Assembly (NCBI GenBank): GCA_040954595.2 | Contig: CM082577.2 | Span: forward strand, 17,057,903 to 17,121,902 | Reading direction: 5' to 3' | Source: Balanoglossus misakiensis | Lineage: Eukaryota > Animalia > Hemichordata | Length of the DNA stretch: 64,000 nt | Shown here: positions 10,960 to 22,700 of the stretch, piece after piece | Layout: every line of letters starts with the position of its first letter | Numbering within the stretch: the stretch's first letter is position 1 | Translations under genes and position numbers: made by a program | Notes under the pieces: model-generated | The model's input: the letters and a program-made list of their open reading frames with translations, nothing else | Databases searched by the model: none | Told to the model about the DNA's origin: nothing

Positions 10960-11259
10960 TGTAACCATGATATATTTTTGGGGGAATATATTCTATGTGT
11001 GACTATACAGTTGCCGCATATACTGTACATGTATATCTCCTATATTTGAGTACCTGTTAGCGAGTGTGCATAGCGCCACCTGTGTTGACATACACTGCTG
11101 AGAATCTCGCGAGATTCTGTGAGATTCATTAAAGTTCTTGAAACATCAGCAGGCTGCTGTTATTGCCCGTTTTGTATATTCAAGATCTGTGCAGCAGTGA
11201 ATGTGTTTACTGTAGGCGTACACTCTTTATTTTAACAGAATCCCCGGAAATTGGTTACA
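10960..11259 (+). repeat. 3' LTR (300 bp) of the Gypsy element
   Basis: TGTAACCA...TGGTTACA 8-bp terminal inverted repeat directly after the PPT; internal ATTAAA near 11128. Confidence 0.85.
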
Positions 11260-11582
<323 letters not shown>

Positions 11583-12007
11583 ATGACAGACAGAGACTTA
11601 CAATGTAAACTCACACTGGTATGTACCATATGTTTGCTAAAACAAAAAAATATGTAGCTTCTCCATCAAGCACTTCCTTTGTGATGCCTAATTTTTCATA
11701 CTCTTCACCAACGAATGAAGCTGATCTTCTAGGGTTTTTAGATACTTTCTATTGGATTATTCAACTTCTGCTTTACCTCTTCATCATTCTTACACTTCAT
11801 CAATTCTCTTTTTATCTTTCTCGTAAAATCAGAAATTTTGGTGAGGTTGATTTTTCCATCAAGCACCATAAAAGCAGTGGGAAGATGCTCACTAACACTC
11901 ATTTCTTCCTGGCAAATTATGTACTCTAAAGTAGATAACACCAGTCATATGTTATTTTGCCACACCATCGAAAGAACCTGAAAGTGAGTGGGATAAGAAA
12001 TACCAGG

Positions 12008-12049
12008 ATAGAGAGAGAGAGAGAGATAGAGAGATAGAGAGAGAGAGAG
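12008..12049. repeat. Imperfect (AG)n microsatellite
   Basis: Directly visible. Confidence 0.85.
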
Positions 12050-13302
12050 CAACCAGGAGACCAAGAGAAAATATAAGAATGCAGAAGAGCAAGACACAGA
12101 GAGAGGAGGAGAGATAGGGAGAATGAAAATTTGTTTCCGGTTTGTTTTAAATTAAATAAAAACACTGTGTATACAATTCTATCTGAATATTATTGAAAAT
12201 TATATTTAATAATAATCACAAATAACAACTTCCATTTATATAATTCAAATTAATTATTGTATAATTAAGGCTATCCCATAGAAAAGCGTCATCATCACTT
12301 GAGAACAGTATATCTGAAACACAAAAATGATTAAAATAAACGAAATTAAGAAAAACACCGCAATATAAACACTCTACAGAAAATCTAAAGATATTTCAAA
12401 ATGATAAAATATAATAGTTGATAATTAGTGAAATTAATACAAATAAATTACATTTAAAACCACAATAGGATGTTATAGGTAAAACTAAAATGAATAACAG
12501 TATCCCCGACCAGGACTCAAGTTTAACAATATGCAATTTTTATTCGTAATAATTACGGTCCGAATTTACCGGTCACTGATCATGAAGTTTCGCACATAAG
12601 TGCGGCCAGTGATCGTATACATGGAAGTGCTCCGCAACAAACCGAACTAATGTAAATGCCCCTGTTTAATAATCCTTGATTATCATTATACTCACAGAAA
12701 ATACTTTTGAAACTTTAAAATTCATGAAAACAAAGTCCATACCTGGACAAGAACGGTCCTGCAGCAAACAGCGGGCTCGTCGGGCGCTTTGCATTGTCAC
12801 CGAGAAGGTCGGTTTCTCCTTGAACGCCATTTTGACTCTGCTAGAGTGAGTAGCTCGTTATTTCCAGACGCCGCATTCGGTTGTACTACGTTGATTTATA
12901 TATTAATGAAAAGACTAGATTCAAAACTTTCTGATCATAAAACCTATTTTATTGTTCTTTTGAGAAGATTCTTTTGCTTGTAAATTCTCACAGATTCTGG
13001 CCCGATCGCCCTACGGCAATCTCCGGAAAGCAATTTGAAAAACCCGATTACTTGTGGTGGATAGCCACAATGGCGGTCGCCAGTTGCCGCTATGCGAGTT
13101 TCCGTTGATTTTAGAGCCCGCATTTAACCAGGGCGTTTCAAACACCGACGTTAGTTGGGGGCACGGCCTGCAGTACTGACGGGTAAGCTGACATCGGCCT
13201 ACCGCATATAATGTAGGGGTGGGGGAAACAGAACGGTTCAACACTACATTTATGAGATATCAGCTAATTTTAGTCAATCATCTAAAATCTAAATCATTTT
13301 TT

Positions 13303-13344
13303 AGCTCACGTGAAAATCACGTGAGCTTTTAGTTTAGCGATGTC

Positions 13345-13375
<31 letters not shown>

Positions 13376-16300
13376 ATGTATGTGTGTGTGTGTGTGTGTC
13401 TGTCTGTATACCCGATATCTCAAGAACCGCTGAACCGATTTCAACCAAATTTAGTACACAGGTTCAGATATCATATGGCAAGAACTGAAAAGGTTTTGGT
13501 GGGTGTGGCTTTGATATTAATAAAGTTATTAAAGTTTTAATTTTTCTATTACATGGTTGTCTATGAGAGCATATATGACCAGTGGAAACGATAGTTTGCG
13601 GAGATCGACTGTTTGAGGGCGCTGTGAAATGAGAAAGTCCAGTTTGGCTGTAGCTTGGGCTGTAGCTGTGTAATAGTATATAGCTCTGTGCTCAGACAGT
13701 GTACTCGTCGTTACAGTTGCACAGTTTCAGGATCTAAATGGCAAGAACTGGAAAGGTTTTGGTAGGTGTGGCTTGGATAGTAATGAAATTATCAAATGTT
13801 TAATTTTTCTAATGCACGGTATCGCCACGTATGACCAGTGTAAACGATTCATCGAAGAGATTGACTGTGAGGCGCTGTGAAATGAGACATTCCTGGCGAT
13901 ATTGCCGTGCACAGTACTAGAAATATCCCATGATTCATTCTGATTTGTACGCTCATAGATTCCTCAGACAAACCAGGCATAGTTCACATGTGTACAGAGA
14001 ATTGTAGACCACTAATACAAAATTTGAGATCGTACTTTTGAGGCATATCTTATTGTCAATTACCATTTCAAATGATTTTTAAAAATATGCATTATTGAGA
14101 GAGGAGATACGAATTTTATAAAATAATCAAGCAATTGCATAGCCAGCCATACAAAAAAGTTTGAAGTAAAACAGGGACACTTGAAACACCTGTTTAATCA
14201 AACAAAAGGATATTGATTTTTTTCTATTGACAGAACAATGGAAATTTACATGTTAACTTTCAACAGAGACTGGCCACCTCAGTTAGTCATTGCTTGTTTC
14301 CTCCAAAGTGTGACATTTGCAGTACATGGATACTTTGATTTCTATGGCTTTTAAATTTTTGATTTTGAAATTTTCACTCTAATTCCTAATCGTACTTTTT
14401 CTAGATAAAAATAAATAAATCTATATGTACTTCATATCATTGTTAGTATCTAAAACAGAAAAAGTTATTAAATGGGCAACCTTCGATGATACAAATCATG
14501 GAGAATTGTGGGTAAAATAATGTACTGTGCCGTGGTTCTGTCCATGCTCAGACGCTGTACCCGTCGTTACGAATAACTTCCCTACGTGAATCCACAAGGA
14601 AGCTAACGTTGTTTAGTTGCTTCATAGAGCGTAAATTGTTAATCTACAGGACCGTCAGACGAAGTCAGGTATGTGTTTTACTCTTTTCAAATGAAGTTTG
14701 AAACTACTTACGAGTAAGTTAGTGGAGACAATATGGCGGATAGTTGGCGTGCAGCCGAATCCGCTTTATGACTATGACGTGACCCATTCATCAAGACAAA
14801 CCGTAAATGATTCACGCATATTGTGGTCCTCTCGCAGTCAATCTCAAAATGTCACCAGGCTTTCTATTTGTCTATTGTTCAGAGAAAAATAACATGGCGG
14901 TTGATCACACTCAACAGTAAAATCCGTTTTGTGTGTTTATAGACAGTCTGTTATCGCCAATACTATATAGCGATTGCTAGGGTGATATGTGATCGAGCGA
15001 GGATGATAACATTGAATGTCTGTTCAGATCTCATTCAGTACGTCATACGTCAACATTTCGATTTCGATTTAATCCATTCATAAAGAATTTAGAGAAAGTC
15101 GTCTTGAATTGTGACCCCGACTATCAATGTTACGATGATTTTTTGGCGACGGAATACACGAGACGCCATTGCATAACTACGTCAGCTGGACTTCCAAGGT
15201 TGCCATTTTGTGTGTATGGAATCTTATCACAGAGACTACGTACTTTGACAATTTGCCATGCTATATCAATGACGCCCCAGAAAATTTGTCGAAAAATGAA
15301 TTTCTCTTCTCATGGTGGTGCAATATATTTTAATGTCTATTTTGAGGTTGATTTTGGTTTTTGGCTAACATGTATATCAATGTCAGCTTATACTAGTTAT
15401 AGCATAAGTTGGTGTCCGTCGTCTATGTATGTCTGTATGTGTGCCTCATACAGAATTATGTATTTTGTGAATGGATCAGTTTCGTCTAAATGTATTGATG
15501 TATGTATGTGTATGTCCATCAACATCAAAAACTTGAAACTACTGATATTTAGTGTGTACATAGAAATTGTTATTGCGAAAAAATGAATACTGGTATTAAC
15601 TGGAAAAATGTTCAAATAGTCAAAATTGAAAAACTTAATAACAGCGGATCAGATTCAGTTAAAAATTGGCGTGCATTGGTGTGCAAGTACTTTGGGAAGA
15701 CCTCGTATGATTTTGTTCAGGTGGAGTCAGTATCTGGCGTTTGCTATTTTTTATGAATTTTTTGGGGAATTTTCTGCAGTTTTGTTAAAAAAAAATCTTC
15801 TCTGAAATTACATGTCCAATTGATTGGAAACTTGGTATGGAGGTTCATAGGGCTTACCTGAATCACATTTGTGCAAACGGTGGTGATATTTGCAAAAATG
15901 CATTTTGGGCAATATTTCCTGTTTTTGTCAAAAATCAAATCCTGTGAAACTGTAAGTGCAATTGTTTTGATATTTTGTATTTGGGTTTCTAGGGGTGATC
16001 TCAGTCAGATATGATCAAATTGTAATGAAATTTGCATAATTGTATTTTTTGGGAATTTCTGCAGGGTTTGGCTAAATAGTCTTCAGTAAAACCACAAGTC
16101 CAATTGATTGGAAACTTTGAATGGGAATTCATATATGTGATATCAGTCAGATTTGTCTGAATTTCCTGTTGTTTGCCAAAATGTCTTCCTTATTGAAACT
16201 TGTTAAAGAGGTTCTTAGGCATGAACAGAAATCAGATTTGTTGAAATCTGGTGAAATATTCATACTTTTTGGTATATTTCTTGCCATTTTTGATCAAAGA

Positions 16301-17827
16301 GTTTTAGAATTCCGTAGACTTATCTTTTTATGCAGTTCAGGATGGGGTACATGACTCATATTTGTTACAGTTATTCAAAAAAAGTTGTTATCAAATGGGA
16401 GCAATACTTTTGTCATTCGCAGTATTTTTTGATAGGGTGACATTTCATTGGCATGTACTTTCTACTGTTTTTTTAACTTTCACTTTTGCACAGCTACCAC
16501 TCAAACCATACATTGTTTTTATTTATTTTACAGATTACATCTACAAGACGAAGTCGTGTGAGACTGCTCAAGACATTGATTTGGTCATTAACAGGCTCAC
16601 ATTTGGCTGTTTGAAGGCTCATATTTGCATATTTGGCCATTGGAAGGCTCACATTTGCACATTTGGCCGTTAGAAGGCTCATATTTGCACATTTGGCCGT
16701 TAGAAAGCTCATATTTGCACATTTGGCCGTTAGAAGGCTCATATTTGGCCATTGGAAGGCTCATATTTGCACATTTGGCCGTTGGAAGGCTCATATTTGC
16801 ACATTTGGCCGTTGGAAGGGTCATAGAACGCTCACTATTATAATAATCACACTTGCTATCATAAGAATCAAATTGGCGTTTTAGGAAATTTTCTCATTAA
16901 ACTTGAATGACCTACACTAACCCTGGGTATGATGCAAGACCATAATGAAAGCAGAGGACAATTTTTCTCACATTTCGCATCAATTTGTAGTGAAATTTTA
17001 TCAAGAAAACAAATCTGACGTTAATTTTTTTTGTTCAGGAACTGGTATAAGACTCCTTTTTTACTATTCCATGTTGGAGCTCTACACATTTTATTTAAAA
17101 TGCAAACGATACAAAGCTCAACCTGCAACCTCGAATATGTAAGAGCGCCCTCAACAGCAATGGTTAGCCCACTGACTTCATCCTCTCTTCTATTAACACA
17201 CGAGGGCACACCTGTTGCATCACAACCACCTCAATTTCTAGTACCCCTTGCCAAGTTAAGGGACCATGTCAAAGGATTCAGGTCTGATAAAAATTCTTGA
17301 AGTTTAGGGGGTGGGGGTTTTGACCCAAAAAAGTTTTCCATCGAACAAAATAGTTGAGTAAGTCGAGAATTCTTTACATTGCATATTCTTATTCTATAAG
17401 CAGAAAAATCAATCAAGACCTGATGTAAACTCAGAATTGAAAAGAAATGTTTTCATTCAAATATTGTCGAAATATCAATATGTGTGATAGTGTACTTTTC
17501 TATCCTGGTTATGGTTTAAATATGGAGTTGTCACAATAATGAAATAATAAGAGGCACTGATCAGTATTCAACAACTAGGTTACAAGGGGGAGTGCAGGGG
17601 TTTCAAGCTAAACTTATTTTTTGTTATTTGACATCGTCCCTAACCCCTTACAAAAATTGACGAGGCAACATTCCACAAACATGTTTACATTTCACAATGG
17701 TCCAACACACAACCCTTACACCATATACACTATAAACCAAAATGGTTTAACACTGGTTTTTCTAATCTTGTTATTCTGTCAACCAATCACAGTACTGCAC
17801 GTGAGCATATTCAGTTAATATCTGGTT
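13303..17827 (+). mobile_element. Non-autonomous Helentron-associated (HINE/DINE-1-like) element inserted in a T-run of the first macrosatellite unit
   Basis: 5' palindrome AGCTCACGTGA-AAA-TCACGTGAGCT (13303-13327) followed by a TG/TGTA/TGTC microsatellite. 3' inverted copy CACGTGAGC (17798-17806) and a small terminal hairpin. Flanks rejoin to the unit sequence AAATCATTTTTT|C(T/A)TATTTGGATATCTG. No Rep/helicase ORF. Confidence 0.8.
16594..16822. repeat. 30-bp minisatellite, about 8 copies
   Basis: Consensus GAAGGCTCATATTTGCACATTTGGCCGTT(A/G); one copy has a 9-bp deletion. Confidence 0.92.
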
Positions 17828-17989
17828 CATATTTGGATATCTGATGATGTATGAACTTTCCATTATATGTAAAAATGGTGCTGATTCTAAAAATTGCACT
17901 CTGAATGAGCTGATTTAATACAAAATTTCGTTTTATTCATTTTTGCACCAAAAAGGTCATTTTTAGGCAAAACATTCTTTATTTTTTGA

Positions 17990-18505
17990 ATTCGGTGACC
18001 TGATCATATATAAACAATTGCTTGTATGTTAAAAGTTTTTATGACTTTTAAAAGCAGTGACACTGGCGGCATTCAAGACGAAAATAACAATTTTAGCCAA
18101 AATTTGGTCAAAAATGGTAAATTTTTGAAAATTACAAAAAATAACTGTTTTCTACATTTTCGGAAATCTGATGGAGTAATGAATGCTCTTCGTATGTATG
18201 TATCGATACAAATTACACAAAAGAAGTCTAATTTTGCTCGCTGCAGACAAAATTGCGTTTTATCAAATTTTGCTTGAAAATGTCATTTTTAGAAAATAAA
18301 ATAAAAAAACCTTTGTTCTTCGAATTTGGTGCCCTGATCATATATGACATGTTGATTGTATGTTAAAAGTTTCGACCACTCCAAAAATGCAGAGATATTG
18401 ACGGAATTCAAGACAAAATAGCCATTTTGGCCATATTTTGACAAAAATTGTAATTTTTTAAAAAATCCTAAAAATTAACTGTTTTCTTCATTTTCGGAAA
18501 TATTA
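17990..18505. repeat. Diverged internal direct repeat (~335-bp period) in the AT-rich block of each unit (example copy)
   Basis: GGTGACCTGATCATATAT...GTATGTTAAAAGTTT...ATTTTCGGAAAT near 17994 recurs as GGTGCCCTGATCATATAT...GTATGTTAAAAGTTT...ATTTTCGGAAAT near 18328. Confidence 0.8.
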
Positions 18506-18715
18506 TGGAGCATGAAGTGTCGTTCTCTTTTAAAAAGTGCTGCAAATTCCAGAAAAGGCAGTATAATTTGAATCACCCAAGACAAAATTACCATTTTCGA
18601 CTTTTTTTTCGAAAAATTGTCATTTTTACAAAATAAATAAGAATCAATTCTTTTCTTAGTTTCAAACGGGTAGAGATACTTTCCACACGGGTTTTCTAAC
18701 ATTGAATTCCCGTTC

Positions 18716-19760
18716 ATCAACTCAGATTTCCTACAGCATAAGTCGGCTAAAACCCTGACACTCTAGAGCAGAAACAGTTGCACACTGGCAACGTTAAACA
18801 AGTCAATTTTTTTACTGCCTGGCTCGGCTAAATCTCCGTCACAATATGACAGACACTAGCGTACGTTAGCAACGGTGATCAAGTAAGATTTCTACGGCAT
18901 GGCTTGGCTAAAGCCCTGGCACTCTAGAGCAGAAACACGCGTACAGAGACCACGTTGATCAACTCACATTTCCTTCGGCCTGGCACGGCTGATGCCCCGG
19001 CACTATAGGACACATACTGGCGTAAGTTAACAATGGTAATAACGTCGCGTTTCCTACGGCCTGGCTCAGCTGAAGCCCCGGCACTCTAGAGCAGAAACAG
19101 GCGTACATTGACCACGTTGATCAAGTCAGATTTCCTACGGCCTGGCTCGGCTGAAGCCCCGGCACTATATGACACAGACTGGCGTAAGTTATCAACGGTG
19201 ATTACGTCGGATTTCCTACGGACTGGCTTAGCTGTAGCCCCGGCACTTTAGAGCGGAAACACGCGTACATTGACCACGATGATCAAGTCAGATCTCCTAC
19301 GGCCTGGCTCGACTAAAACCCCGGCACACCATGACAGACACTTGCGTTCGTTAGCAACGTTGATCAAGTCAGATTTCCTACGGCATTGCTTGGCTAAAGC
19401 CCTGGCACTCTAGAGCAGAAACACGCGTACAGAGACCACGTTGATCAATCACATTTCCTTCGGCCTGGCACGGCTGATGCCCCGGCACTATAGGACACAG
19501 ACTGGCGTAAGTTAACAACGGTAATCACGTAGGCTTTCCTACGGCCTGGGTCAGCTGAAGCCCCCGCACTCTAGAGCAGAAACAGGCGTACATTGATCAC
19601 GTTGATCAAGTCAGATTTCCTACGGCCTGGCTCGGCTGGTGCCCCGGCACTATATGACACAGACTGGCGTAAGTAAACAACGGTGATCACGTCGGATTTC
19701 CTTCGGCCTGGCTCTGCAAAAGACCCGACACTCTAGTACAAAGACGTTGCCTTAGTCGGA
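18716..19760. repeat. Array of ~13 GC/CpG-rich 81-bp monomers alternating A/B (162-bp dimer); example from the first full unit
   Basis: A: GGCACTCTAGAGCAGAAAC...CCACGTTGATCAA. B: GGCACTATA(G/T)GACACAGACTGGCGTAAG. Shared core GATTTCCTACGGCCTGGCTCGGCTGAAGCCCC. Confidence 0.95.
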
Positions 19761-22700
19761 CAAACCGAAGAGGGAAAGTCACAGCGGGCCAACACTCGAC
19801 ATTTGTTCGCGTAGGACTGCATTATTGCCTGTCAATTTATAGAGAAAGCCCGAATTTAACCAGGGCGTTTCAAACACCGACGTTAGTTGAGGGCACGGCC
19901 TGCAGTACTGCCGGGTAAGCAGACATCAGCCTACCGCATATAATGTAGGGGTGGGGGGAAACAGAACGGTTCAACACTACTTTTATGAGATATCAGCTAA
20001 TTTTGGTCAATCATCTAAAATCTAAATCATTTTTTCTTATTTGGATATCTGATGATGTATGAAATTTCCATTATATGTAAAAATGGTGCTGATTCTAAAA
20101 AATGCACTCTGAATGAACTGATTTAATACAAAATTTCGTTTTATTCATTTTTGCACCAAAAAGGTCATTTTTAGGCAAAACATTCGTTATTTTTTGAATT
20201 CGGTGACCTGATCATATATAAACAATTGATTGTATGTTAAAAGTTTTTATGACTTTTAAAAGCAGTGACACTGGCGGCATTCAAGACGAAAATAACAATT
20301 TTAGCCAAAATTTGGTCAAAAATGGTAAATTTTTGAAAATTACAAAAAATAACTGTTTTCTACATTTTCGGAAATCTGATGGAGTAATGAATGCTCTTCG
20401 TATGTATGTATCGATACAAATTACACAAAAGAAGTCTAATTTTGCTCGCTGCAGACAAAATTGCGTTTTATCAAATTTTGCTTAAAAATGTCATTTTTAG
20501 AAAACAAAATAAAAAAACCTTTGTTCTTCGAATTTGGTGCCCTGATCATATATGACATGTTGATTGTATGTTAAAAGTTTCGACCACTCCAAAAATGCAG
20601 AGATATTGACGGAATTCAAGACAAAATAGCCATTTTGGCCATATTTTGACAAAAATGGTAATTTTTTAAAAAATCCTAAAAATTAACTCTTTTCTTCATT
20701 TTCGGAAATATTATGGAGCATGAAGTGTCGTTCTCTTGTAAAAAGTGCTGCGAATTCCAGAAAAGGCGGTATAATTTGAATCACCCAAGACAAAATTACC
20801 ATTTTCGACTTTTTTTCGAAAAATTGTCATTTTTACAAAATAAATAATAATCAATTCTTTTCTTAGTTTCAAACGGGTAGAGATTCTTTCCACACGGGTT
20901 TTCTAACATTGAATTCCCGTTCATCAACTCAGATTTCCTACAGCATAAGTCGGCTAAAACCCTGACACTCTAGAGCAGAAACAGTTGCAGACTGGCAACG
21001 TTGAACAAGTCAATTTTTCTACTGCCTGGCTCGGCTAAATCTCCGTCACAATATGACAGACACTAGCGTACGTTAGCAACGGTGATCAAGTCAGATTTCT
21101 ACGGCATGGCTTGGCTAAAGCCCTGGCACTCTAGATCAGAAACACGCGTACAGAGACCACGTTGATAAACTCACATTTCCTTCGGCCTGGCACGGCTGAT
21201 GCCCCGGCACTATAGGACACAGACTGGCGTAAGTTAACAACGGTAATAACGTCGGGTTTCCTACGGCCTGGCTCAGCTGAAGCCCCCGCACTCTTGAGCG
21301 GAAACAGGCGTACATTGACCACGTTGATCAAGTCAGATTTCCTACGGCCAGGCTCGGCTGAAGCCCCGGCACTATATGACACAGACTGGCGTAAGTTATC
21401 AACGGTGATTACGTCGGATTTCCTACGGACTGGCTTAGCTGTAGCCCCGGCACTTTAGAGCGGAAACACGCGTACATTGACCACGATGATCAAGTCAGAT
21501 CTCCTACGGCCTGGCTCGACTAAAACCCCGGCACACCATGACATACACTAGCGTTCGTTAGCAACATTGATCAAGTCAGATTTCCTACGGCATAGCTTGG
21601 CTAAAGCCCTGGCACTCTAGAGCAGAAACAGGCGTACATTGACCACGTTGATCAAGTCAGATTTCCTACGGCCTGGCTCGGCTGAAGCCCCGGCACTATA
21701 TGACACAGACTGGCGTAAGTTATCAACGGTGATTACGTCGGATTTACTACGGACTGGCTTAGGTGTAGCCCCGGCACTTTAGAGCGGAAACACGCGTACA
21801 TTGACCGCGATGATCAAGTCCGACCTCCTACGGCCTGGCTCGACTAAAACCCCGGCACACCATGACAGACATTAGCGTTCGTTAGCAACGTTGATCAAGT
21901 CAGATTTCCTACGGCATAGCTTGGCTAAAGCCCTGGCACTCTTGAGCAGAAACACGCGTACAGAGACCACGTTGATCAACTCACATTTCCTTCGGCCTGG
22001 CACGGCTGATGCCCCGGCACTATAGAACACAGACTGGCGTAAGTTAACAACGGTAATCACGTCGGCTTTCCTACGGCCTGGGTTAGCTGAAGCCCCGGCA
22101 CTCTAGAGCAGAAACATGCGTACAGAGACCACGTTGATCAACTCACATTTCCTTCGGCCTGGCACGGCTAATGCCCCGGCACTATAGGACACAGACTGGC
22201 GTAAGTTAACAACGGTAATAACGTCGGGTTTCCTACGGCCTGGCTCAGCTGAAGCCCCGGCACTCTAGAGCAGAAACAGGCGTACATTGACCACGTTGAT
22301 CAAGTCAGATTTCCTACGGCATGGCTCGGCTGAAGCCCCGGCACTATATGACACAGACTGGCGTAAGTTATCAACAGTGATTACGTCGGATTTACTACGG
22401 ACTGGCTTAGCTGTAGCCCCGGCACTTTAGAGCGGAAACACGCGCACATTGACCACGATGATCAAGTCAGATCTCCTACGGCCTGGCTCGACTAAAACCC
22501 CGGCACACCTTGACAGACATTAGCGTTCGTTAGCAACGTTGATCAAGTCAGATTTCCTACGGCATAGCTTGGCTAAAGCCCTGGCACTCTAGAGCAGAAA
22601 CACGCGTACAGAGACCACGTTGATCAACTCACATTTCCTTCGGCCTGGCACGGCTGATGCCCCGGCACTATAGGACACAGACTGGCGTAAGTTAACAACG

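Larger units (their letters stand above)
426..11259 (+). mobile_element. Ty3/Gypsy LTR retrotransposon, 5'-interrupted, decayed and split by a DNA transposon
   Basis: RT-RH-INT domain order, PPT and 3' LTR. The pol frame is restored (MDNPPL|LPGIESLP) when 2332-9192 is removed. Confidence 0.93.

Noticed and set aside
16362-16884. Overlapping ORFs with 10-aa repeats
   Set aside because: Artefact of a 30-bp minisatellite that is open in several frames.
18026-18277. Recurrent 60-83 aa ORFs (MLKVFMTFK..., MESISTRLK...) in every unit
   Set aside because: No domain signature, frameshifted freely between units, and recurring only because the DNA is repeated.
18716-19760. 81-bp monomers as a CRISPR array or a 27-aa repeat protein
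   Set aside because: There are no unique spacers and no cas genes, the context is eukaryotic, and stops recur in all six frames of the A monomer.
20041-20080. Hammerhead-like core CTGATGA-TGTAT-GAAA in full-length units
   Set aside because: No stem II pair, only ~4 bp of stem I with an AUU site, the first copy reads GAAC, and the short variants delete it. Probably chance; an Rfam hammerhead scan would settle it.
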